NCBI GenBank assembly: GCA_000934665.2
Contig: KZ537974.1
Location: forward strand, 124,001 to 188,000
DNA from: Catajapyx aquilonaris
Lineage: Eukaryota
DNA: 64,000 nucleotides
Direction: 5' to 3'
Part shown: positions 54,695 to 64,000 of the stretch, in pieces
How positions within the stretch are numbered: the first letter of the stretch is position 1
How the letters are laid out: each line of letters begins with the position of its first letter
The notes under the pieces: generated by a model
What the model saw: the letters and a program-made list of their open reading frames with translations, nothing else
What the model was told of the DNA's origin: nothing
The model's database searches: none
Translations under genes and position numbers: made by a program

Positions 54695-54900
54695 AGTAGG
54701 CTATAATTATTTTTAGTGAATGACGCCCTGAATTACTTACATTCTTTAATATTAATTTGCAATAATGTGACTCGCAGTAAAGTTGAATGCCATGTATAGG
54801 TTGAATTCATGATTTTAAAATGGGGAAGTGGTTCATGTCAGTGTATATCCTAAAATGGTGCTGAAATGCAATGCTGAAACATGTTTGCTTACTTCTCCAG

Positions 54901-55992
54901 AGCCAATCTGTGATGAAGAGCAAGGCAGAGCGTTTTCGAGAGAAGATTGCTGAGTTGATGAACACCATGGAAGACAATGTGGATGTGTTCAGTGTCCAGC
55001 TTCACCAGCAGCGTCCTCCAGTAACAGACGTCCGGTTCTCTGCACATGGGTCACCTTACTACAAACCAGTGCGCTTAAATGGTCTTATATTGATGCACAG
55101 AGAGGAGATTGAGCGAGACGTGGGTGTCAATATTACCATGGTAGGGATAGATGAGTGCTTGTATGAGAACCAGGCTTGTGAGGGCAGCTGCACCAACACT
55201 CTTGATGTGTCTCCACTGCCATACACTGTCAATGCAAACAAGACTGCATTAGTAGGAGTGAGAGTCGAGGTGATTCCAGAATGCACGTGTGGTGCCAGGA
55301 ACTTCACCAAAGGCGAATCGTGCAGAAATAATCCTTGCTACAATGGTGGCCGGTGTGTTGAAGGACGCTACGGGTTAAGTTGCCTCTGTTTGGTTGGGTA
55401 CGATGGACCAAGGTGTCAGCAGACGACACGCAGCTTCAGAGGAAACGGGTGGGCATGGTATCCACCACTAGCCATGTGTGACGACTCACACATCAGCCTC
55501 GAGTTTATCACTCGCAAGGAAGATGGGGTGTTGCTGTACAATGGCCCCATTGTCCCACCTGAGCATGAAGAGGTGATGGTGTCAGACTTTATATCCCTGG
55601 AACTGGAGAAGGGAGATCCAAGGCTGTTGGTTGACTTTGGGTCTGGAACTCTGGAGCTGAGGATCAAGACCAAGAAGGGTTTGGCAGACGGCGAGTGGCA
55701 CAGGATTGATGTGTTCTGGAACACTGAGAATGTGGAGATGACTGTGGACTTCTGCAAGACGGCAGACGTATCTGAGCTGGAAGACGGGTCACCTCCAGAA
55801 TTTGATGGAGCTAGCTGCCAGGCCAAGGGGGTCATCACCCCATTTAATGAGTACCTGAATGTGAACACACCTCTGCAGATTGGCGGCATGTATGTTGAGC
55901 AGTTTGACCCCATTCAGTTCAGGTGGAGCTACATGCCTAACCTGGGCAAGTTCTTCGATGGGTGCATAAGGAACATCATCCACAATAGCATG
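54901..55992 (+). CDS. CadN: CadN exon F: rest of the non-chordate domain, Cys-rich/EGF-like region and laminin-G domain 1
   Basis: Inside ORF 54871..56070; acceptor cttacttctccag|; donor ATG|gtgagt; 1092 nt, phase 0-0; NPCYNGGRC EGF; DGEWHRI and FDGCIRN LamG motifs. Confidence 0.96.
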
Positions 55993-56129
55993 GTGAGTGT
56001 ACCTGTGATTTGCATGCATTGTCTCTTTTTTTTTTTAAAGCTGGTTACACACCTTGCTAATAGGCTATGACAAAATAATGTATCCAGTTCAACTGGTAAA
56101 ACTAACTGATATCTTTTTTAAATGCACAG

Positions 56130-56971
56130 ATATATGATCTGGCACACCCTGGTCTGAGTCGCAACAGCCAGAGTGGGTGCCCCCAGGTGGAGGATGTGTG
56201 CCTGGGCAATGATGTGACCGTCCGGTGTGCTGAGCATGGAGTATGCACAGGCAGCTTTACAGAACCTCGGTGCGAGTGCCGCCCTGGGTGGACTGGCCCC
56301 TCTTGCTCCGTCCCAACCATACCCACCACTTTCAAACCACAGAGCTACGTCAAGTATGCCCTATCCTTCGAGCCTGACCGTTACGTCACCCTGGTTCAGC
56401 TCAGGTTCCGCACCCGAGAGGAGCATGGGGAACTCTTCCGAGTGTCTGACCAACACAACCGGGAATATGGTATTCTGGAGATTAAGGACAGCCGGCTTCA
56501 CTTCCGATACAACCTGAACAGCCTGCGCACAGAGGAAAAGAGTCTGTGGCTCAGTGCCCTCACCGTTGATGATGGGCAGTGGCATACAGCCAGAGTCAGT
56601 CGGTTTGGGTCAGTTGCCATTTTGGAACTTGACGGAGGTGAAGGAAGGAGGTACAATGAGAGCTTCAGCTTCGAGGGGCACCAATGGATGATGGTGGACA
56701 AGCAGGAAGGGGTGTATGCTGGCGGGAAGGCTGAGTACACTGGAGTTCGCACCTTTGAAGTGTATGCAGACTACCAGAAGGGTTGCCTGGACGACATAAG
56801 GCTTGAAGGAAAGCAGCTGCCTCTGCCACCTGCTCTCAATGGGACCCAATGGGGACAAGCAACCATGGCCAGGAACCTAGACAGAGGTTGCCCCTCAAAC
56901 AACCCTTGCTCCAACGTCATTTGCCCAGAGCCGTTCGAGTGTGTCGATCTCTGGAATGAGTACGAGTGCAC
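56130..56971 (+). CDS. CadN: CadN exon G: EGF-like domain, laminin-G domain 2, start of the third EGF region (IYDLAHPG...WNEYEC)
   Basis: Branch point actaac at 56101; acceptor aatgcacag|; donor AC|gtgagt; phase 0 to 2; DDGQWHTA LamG motif. Confidence 0.96.
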
Positions 56972-57355
56972 GTGAGTACACACACCTGTTTGTTATACTG
57001 GAGTCGCTCCGCCAAAAGTAGCACTAAATATATTAACAGCATGGGAGTTACATGCACATTTAGTTTTATGTGAGGGACATGTCACTTTTGTGTATTGGAT
57101 CTCTGAGAAAAAGTAATATTGTCTCCTTTCATTTTAATTTAATGAGTGCAGAACTTGCACAGGCTGCAGTAGTACCTCAGATGAAAATTTGACCATCTTT
57201 TAAAAGGATACAAAATAATAATCAAATAATATAGTTGGAATTTTAGGTTGCAAAGTAAGCTTTAGTAAGCAAGTGACATTCCTCTCGATAATCACAAGTA
57301 GTGTCACAAACCTCTGCATGCACTGGTCTTGACTAACACCTCGGTGGCGGTGTAG

Positions 57356-57597
57356 GTGCGGCGAAGGCAAGGTGGTGACACCTGATGGGAAGGGCTGCAT
57401 GGATAAGAATGAGTGCCTTGAGAACCCGTGCCTGAACGGAGGCACATGCATCAACCAAGATCCACGCTACCGCTACCAGTGCATCTGCCCAGAGGGATTC
57501 TGGGGGGAGAACTGCGAGCTGGTGCAGGAGGGGCAGATACTCAGGCTTAGCATGGGCGCCCTGGCTGCCATTCTTGTTTGTCTACTCATCATACTCA
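57356..57597 (+). CDS. CadN: CadN alternative exon H1 (exon-18-like): Ca-binding EGF plus N-terminal part of the TM helix (CGEGKVVTPDGKGCMDKNEC...MGALAAILVCLLIIL)
   Basis: Branch point gactaac 57331-57337; acceptor tgtag|; donor A|gtgagt; 242 nt, phase 2 to 1; close to the fly reference isoform as recalled. Confidence 0.93.
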
Positions 57598-57820
57598 GTG
57601 AGTTTACACATGAACCAATGAAGCACCTCTTCCTTCCTGCTTTACAACCTTTTGCTCACCAATCCCTGTCACAATATATTTTTAGTTAGATCTAACCCCT
57701 ACTGGTGGTGATGGGTGCACACAACTTATTAACTAACCTGGCGGAGTGTTCCTGTTTATACGACCATTCATTGCACACTTTGTCGCAAATTTACTGGTAC
57801 CATAAACTCCCGAAATTCAG

Positions 57821-58065
57821 GTGCCCACCAGGTCGCACGAAGCAGCTTGACAAGTGCATTGACATCGACGAATGTGCCTGGATCATCACTCCATGTCAGA
57901 ATGATGCTGTTTGCATCAACATTGATGGTTATGAGATGTACCGTTGTGATTGTCTGCCTGGATATTCAGGGAAGGATTGCGAAGTGGAAGTGCTGCCATC
58001 TGCAACCATCACTACCTCAGCCGAGTTCCTCCTCACCATATGCATTTGCGTTTTTGTTCTCCTGA
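57821..58065 (+). CDS. CadN: CadN alternative exon H2: divergent EGF plus alternative TM start (CPPGRTKQLDKCIDIDEC...AEFLLTICICVFVLL)
   Basis: Acceptor aattcag|; donor A|gtaaat; 245 nt; same phase 2 to 1 as H1; the same eight EGF-region cysteines followed by a hydrophobic segment; no stops. Confidence 0.88.
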
Positions 58066-58951
58066 GTAAATCCATTTTTATTTTATTCCATTCCTAATGA
58101 TTTCACACCTGAGGTTAGAAAGAAGGTGATGCCATGCTAAAGGACATAAGACAATGCGTCACTCAATCATTTCCCATATGTACCTTACAACTGCCGGCAC
58201 ATATTACATCAGTATATATTTTCTGTCATAAAATGCTTTGATTTCTTTAATATCGACTGCAAACTTTCAGACAAAGAAACACATGCAGCTATCCTATATT
58301 GGTGCCATATGCACATGAATGCAATGATCCTCCCACACCATTCATCTGCTTGACTGTCCCAATGTGCAGAATAAGACAGGATCAGACTTTCAACAGTTGT
58401 CATGTAACCATATTAAGCAGTTGCACACAATTTACAAGTTATTGCTGAAATATAATTGTTCAGTTCAGTATGGTCAAGAATGTTCTTAGCCTCATCCTTA
58501 CCAAAATAATTATGATTGTCTATCTGGTTGTAAGGTAAGAATCACCCGGGTGTTGCATGAATGTACATTGTACTTTTGACCAACAGTTACCACCATATAG
58601 CAGACTTCTGTCATTTGATGTGGTTGCTCTTACTAAGGTACTGACAACAGCTGCTGCCAATATTTATGTGCTTTTGCATATTTGTGGCCAATGAAAGCTG
58701 TGTAAATACAACTGCTTATTTGAATCAAGTGATTTAACTTGTGAGATAGCTTTTGTGCTGATCCTTTATCATCCTGTGCAGAGACATGTCGTGATGTTAC
58801 AACTGCAAAAGTGTATGGAAAGCTTTCATGTGCAGCTTTAATTGCCAATAGCATTGGCAGTTACACCTTTTTTGGCCTACAGGTTTTATTTTACTATTCT
58901 GCATTTTACCAATAATAATTAAAATGCATTATTCTTCTTTTCAATCCACAG

Positions 58952-59155
58952 TTTTAGTACTAGTGTTTGTTGTGTACAATCGGCGAAGGGAAGCACAGAT
59001 CAAGTACCCTGGTCCAGACGACGATGTGCGTGAAAACATAATCAACTACGATGACGAGGGTGGTGGTGAAGATGATATGACTGCATTTGACATCACTCCG
59101 CTTCAAATTCCTGTTGGCGCCCCTGGACCAGATGGACCTCCTGTAAAAATGCAGT
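58952..59155 (+). CDS. CadN: CadN exon I: end of TM, stop-transfer RRR and p120-catenin-binding juxtamembrane core (RENIINYDDEGGGEDD)
   Basis: Acceptor ttcttttcaatccacag|; donor T|gtaagt; phase 1-1. Confidence 0.95.
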
Positions 59156-59725
59156 GTAAGTGGAAATATTTTGTGATGTACCAGTATTTTCAGGAAGATC
59201 TACATCTCATGGGTTTTGTTCATTAAATGTTAATTATTGCATTAATTACACCATCTTCATAACCTTTCTGTCCTTTTCATACTTTCAGCAGCAGTATTAC
59301 CTAACTTATGCTGCAGTTAATTTGAATATTGAAATTAATGGGCAGTTAATATCCAGCCACCCATAAACTTCTATTTCATATGTTGACTACAGTTTGTAAT
59401 CATTCATCCACTCATATCTCATTAATTTGGTAATTCACCCACTAGCCCTTGTATTATGCATGTGCATTAATTAGCGATAATTGGTAAGGGATATCAGCAA
59501 CCCTGGTATAATGTCAATCAATGGAAGCCCAGATCTGAACCCCTCATTTATTAAATGGGCAGTGAGGAATCTGTTACAAAGCACCTTTTAGTGATTTTGC
59601 TTGTACAAATGTTCCTGTGATATCTAGCTAGATATTCAAGCCCTTTAACTTCATAATTTCCAAGTGATAAAAACAAACAATATTTACTTCCTTGTTTGAG
59701 ACATTGCACTTTTTTGGCATTTTAG

Positions 59726-59920
59726 ATCCTGCGGCTGCTCCCTTGGGCCCTCCCATCGTCCCCACCATGGTGGGAGGCGAGCCCAACGTGGGTGTGTTCA
59801 TCGATGAGCACAAAAAGCGAGCAGACAACGATCCCAATGCTCCGCCATTTGACGACCTGCGAAACTATGCCTACGAAGGTGGAGGCAGCACTGCGGGATC
59901 ACTCTCCTCATTAGCCTCAG
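59726..59920 (+). CDS. CadN: CadN exon J: beta-catenin-binding region ([33 protein letters not shown])
   Basis: Acceptor ttttttggcattttag|; donor CAG|gtagtt; phase 1-1. Confidence 0.94.
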
Positions 59921-60283
59921 GTAGTTGCACCTTTCTCCAGAAATCTAGGCAACTATATTCCCTGTTGTTTTCTTGTCTTCATTTGGTGTACTTCAGTGCT
60001 GCTCTTGAATTTTCCACCACCAAATTTTAAAATACATATTGACAGACAAACTGTTTTTGGTAGATTCCTATTTTTTAAAGTTTTGTTAGATAATTTCATC
60101 TCTCTGCAACTCATTATGACAGTAGCTCTTTGGATGCATGTACTATTTGCCCAAACTTTTATTCTGCTGTGACATGGAATGACCTTTATATCTTTCACAT
60201 ACGTATCAAGTTATTGTGAGTGTTACTGAAACATTGACACACTTGACTTTTTCTTCCCCCTTTTTTCCCCCCGCAACAATTAG

Positions 60284-60390
60284 GTACAGACGACAATGAG
60301 CAGGACTACGATTACTTGAATGGTTGGGGCCCTCGGTTCAGCAAATTGGCCGACATGTACCATGGAGAGAGTGAAGAGGAAGATCAGTAA
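60284..60390 (+). CDS. CadN: CadN terminal coding exon K ([35 protein letters not shown])
   Basis: Not in the ORF track. Long pyrimidine tract then caattag|; classical cadherin terminal motif DYLxxWGPRFxKLADMY; TAA at 60388-60390. Confidence 0.94.
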
Positions 60391-63300
60391 AGGAGGAGAT
60401 AGATGGAGTAAAAGGAAGAAGGAAGCCAAGGCTGCTGCAGCTAGTCAGAGATTAGGCTGGAAAAGGAAGTCTTAGGGGTTTTTGGGCAGGGAGGTGCAAT
60501 CCCAAAAAATTTTATCTGCCTCCCACCCATCCCATTCCATTTTCAAGCCAACTCAAAGCAACAAACCCAGTTTTTTTTGTCGCTATTATTAAGATATAAG
60601 GACTGGAGATGAGATTTATTCCAAATGGACTCCATAAAAACCCCACAACTTAAGTGGAGCTAAATAAGAGAAAAAAAGTATTGGTGTATAGTTTCTCTGT
60701 GTGTATGTGTGCTGAAGAAGTAGATTGGGGAGGGCGACATGAAGAAGAGAAAAATAATGGAGGAAGAGAGAAAAAGTGTGGTAAACTGTTTTCTGGTTGT
60801 GAAGAGGAAAATGGGGGAAGAAGATACCAATGTTTTTTTTTGGATGTTGCTCTCTGTCTTTTTTCGTGCGATCTGATTGCCCTTTTTTATTGTGCCGTAA
60901 CCAGTACTGTTTGCACTCAGGTTAAATATTTCACAGCCGTTCTCCAAACTCGACCCCTCACCCCCTCATCCAGTGACCCCCCCAAACAACCCCCCACAGG
61001 TTGCGGCAGTGATTTTCAAAGTGGTGATTCAGATCAGTGGACAGACTGACAAGAAGACTAGAGAGTGACAGAAGAGAGACACAACACAACCCACATAAGT
61101 GACTCAAATCAAAAAAAAAAGTAAGAAAGAGGAAACACAAACTTTGCAGCTAATGGTTAAACTCCCCCTCCCCAAAATACACGAGTTCAGTTGTGCGTTA
61201 TCCAGGCTCAAAAGTCGTGAGTCAATCAGAGCCATTTGTTATTTTGCCATATGAGTTTAGTCAGGCGGCTCATTTTTTGTACCTTTTGGACTTTTCGTTT
61301 TTTTACATTTTTGTATTATTATTTAAGCCTTGCAACCCACAAACTTATATTCCTGACCATTGTCATCGGTTTTGCTGATCAAGTGGCAGGGATTTTTCCA
61401 GAGCATTTCTATCATGCCCAATTCCAGGTGTGTGTGTTTTTCCTCTCCCAAACCACCAAGTACACAAATAAGGGAAGAGAATAATAATCAAACAAGTGCC
61501 TAACAAACCCCTGGATTGACAAAGAGAGTAATAAGAAAAGCCAATATAATACCAAAGTGAAAACCGATGACTATGGGGGGGAAAACACTATGTAATTTAT
61601 TTGAGTTATTTTTGTACTTTTCATCCCCTCCCAAATGTGACAACTGCATTTGTTTTCCCCTTATGTGGGAGAAAATACATATATCGAGGCATAAGAGACA
61701 TCTCTTCTCACGTGACACTTGGGATGCTCAATTCCACAATTTTTATTGACGTAATAACTATCACAGTTGAAGTCCCCAGTCAGAGCAGGTTTAACTACGT
61801 TAGAAAGGTAAAATATATATATAAATACATCTGCACTACTCCCCCCAAAAAATATTTATTTGTTGAAAAAGAAGTGGTTTTTGATACTGTTTGTGCGTAA
61901 CTTAATCAAACATTTTTAGTGATCTGTGGGGGAGCCGGAGTAACAGTGTGTTTGGACACATGGAACTCTTTGTGTGTGGCAAGAAGTATGGGGAAAAAAA
62001 TAATCATGACATAGGAAAAAAACCAGAGATTAATTTTGTTTCGTTTTTTCGGTGAATAATCTTGTCATTGTTGGCTGTCCATATTCAGTGTGAGTGTGTC
62101 CAGCGATAAAAAGAGGAAACAGCTTTTTTTGTCCTGCACGCATCATGACACCATTTTTGCCCACCCCTCGCCACACGCACATAACATGCATTTGAGTTTT
62201 AGAGATGCCTTTCAGTTCCGTGGGAGTACATGTGAGATGTGATTCATTCTTGAGAGCAGTGTGTGTGTTATGCACCACCACCCACCCCTTTTTCCCTTTT
62301 TCTCTCCCCCTCCTGATGAACACCCAACCACAAAAACTAAAAGAAAAAAAATGTTTGTACCATACACCTAAGAAAACTCCTTTTATCACTGCCATATAGT
62401 GGTTCGGAGAAAGCAAGAGATGTGTGAATGTAAGCGTGACTTCGGTTTTAATTTTCTGTTGGTATAGGCTAGTTGCTTTGGCCATTTTTTATTTTTCAAA
62501 AAAGTGAACACTCCAACAAAAAAAACACACACACCCATTTTTTTATTGCCCCTACCTGTTACCTGACCTTTGCACTACATTTCCCACATCCAACTACACC
62601 TAGATGATGACGATGGAAAAAAAGGCTGACATGTGAGTGAGTTCAACTGAAAAGAAGTCAATATCTTGCAAAAACTGAGAGGAAAATACTCACAATCATT
62701 GCCCATTTTTTTGGTTACTTCTTTTACACACACTTTCTACGTTTATGATTATTTTCCAAAACTGAATCATTCCCACTATTCCTACTAATTGATAACGAGA
62801 AAAAAATAAAAAGTTTTGTACATTTCTACACATTCATGGTACCTAATAGTAAATAATATGAAACCAACACATACAGGGACATGAGTTGGCATCAAGATAT
62901 GGTAATAGCCAACATAACTCTTTATGTTTTTAAAACACTTTTGCCCAATTTGTAATACTATAACACATGCAGAAAAAAAGCATCTCTCTCTTTTATTTTA
63001 ATCAATCTACATTCGCTCATGTGTCCTGGCATCATGGTGTTATTTGCGGGGCTTACTTTTCAAGCAAAACGAATGCCGAAAAAAGGTGACTGAAATTTTT
63101 GTCGCCCTGCAAATGACACCAGAGTTTCTTCATGAACCAAAAAGACGATCCTGTAAAAGACTCACAATCATGGAATCTCAAGGCATTTATGATATTATTA
63201 TTTTTTATTTTTGAGTCTCCTCCCCTGGTGGCTAGCAATACAGAGATATATTTGTAGGTTCCAAAATTAATGTAATTAGTAATGATAAAAAAAAGAATGA

Positions 63301-63540
63301 AGAGAAATAAGTATGACACAAAGAAAAATAACATAAGTATGCAGGAGTTTAAAGTCACAGGATGACAAAGGGGGACGTTGGTAGTGATAACCACCATCAG
63401 CACTTTTCGTTCCTGTGATTTTAGAGACTGTCAAAAAAATTCTCGTGCTCTGTTTTGGTGTTGTGTTTTTGCAGCTGTGATTTCTGTAGCTGTATAGCTC
63501 TATACCGAAATAAAAATTACACCAGTTCTGAAAGTTAACA
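60391..63540 (+). other. Probable long 3' UTR (up to ~3.1 kb)
   Basis: AU-rich non-coding sequence after the stop; AATAAA at 62805-62810 and 63509-63514. The 3' end is inferred. Confidence 0.5.
63485..63514 (+). promoter_or_regulatory. Candidate polyadenylation signal
   Basis: AATAAA 63509-63514 preceded by two TGTA (CFIm-type) motifs and followed by moderately GU/U-rich sequence. Confidence 0.45.
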
Positions 63541-64000
63541 ATGGCGGTTTGTGAAGGGATGAATGTCGTATTATGGATTTTGCACTCCTTTCCAGAAATA
63601 TAGGGACAACCTCCAGATGCATGGGTGTTCAGCTGGCTAAATGCAGCTTTGAAGACTGATGAATGGTGAACAAGGTTTGGGAAATTGCATGTTGTATGGC
63701 ATCAGGCTAAAAATGTGCAGTAGGCCTACTGTACTGGTACTATTGCAGAAGTTTGATCATATGTAAGGTTGTAATATTCAACCTTGCACAGAAGCTGTAT
63801 TATTGCTTCTACATTGTTAATTGTCAGATTAATTTCTGAAAGGTCTTGTTGACAATGTGGAGTCAATACAAGTGTCTGGTTGTAGGAATGATAGCTTCAA
63901 ATGAAGTGGAATTGAGCTCAGGTGCATTTCACTTCATCAGAGTTCAGAGGCAATGAGAGCCATGTTTAATTTATTGCATGCAGTCTAATTATTATGTAGT

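Larger units (their letters stand above)
40394..60390 (+). other. CadN: 3' part of a type III classical cadherin gene (N-cadherin / DN-cadherin orthologue), 5'-truncated by the window; 11 exons per isoform, 13 with alternatives
   Basis: Joining exons A,B1,C,D,E,F,G,H1,I,J,K gives 4967 nt (2 nt + 1655 codons including stop) in one open frame. The peptide is colinear with, and very close to, Drosophila CadN as I recall it (SRIRYEITxGNIGGAFAVKNMTGAIYVAG ... [24 protein letters not shown] ... WGPRF). No database search was run. Confidence 0.95.

Noticed and set aside
57821..58065. H2 as an extra constitutive EGF exon or a second TM segment
   Set aside because: H1 ends in phase 1 and H2 starts in phase 2, so joining them frameshifts.
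1..64000. CRISPR array, operon or prokaryotic defence system
   Set aside because: The sequence is intron-rich animal DNA; no regularly spaced repeats or operon-like ORF packing seen.

Overview
Eukaryotic (arthropod-like) genomic DNA, not prokaryotic. The window holds the 3' part of a type III classical cadherin gene on the + strand, orthologous to Drosophila N-cadherin (CadN). I traced 13 coding exons from 40394 to the stop at 60390 by hand, all with GT-AG boundaries and compatible phases. They encode cadherin repeats, the non-chordate domain, EGF/laminin-G modules, the TM helix and the p120/beta-catenin-binding tail. Two pairs are tandemly duplicated and look mutually exclusive: 47607-47771 vs 47986-48150, and 57356-57597 vs 57821-58065. 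They match the positions of fly CadN exons 13a/b and 18a/b; exon 47986-48150 is missing from the ORF track. The most novel-looking signal is in the 214-bp intron inside the first pair. A stem-loop buries the weak 5' splice site, a second hairpin competes with it, and an AG|GT ratchet-like site lies too close to the next branch point, suggesting a structure plus recursive-splicing switch (hypothesis). I found no cadherin exon in the first 40.4 kb, which is probably one giant intron with candidate enhancers. Also present: an intact tRNA-derived SINE (14-bp TSD), a hAT/Buster-type MITE (8-bp TSD), a foldback element, a (TAT)n microsatellite, a sharp CpG drop after ~52.8 kb and a probable ~3-kb 3' UTR. 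Most other listed ORFs are spurious.
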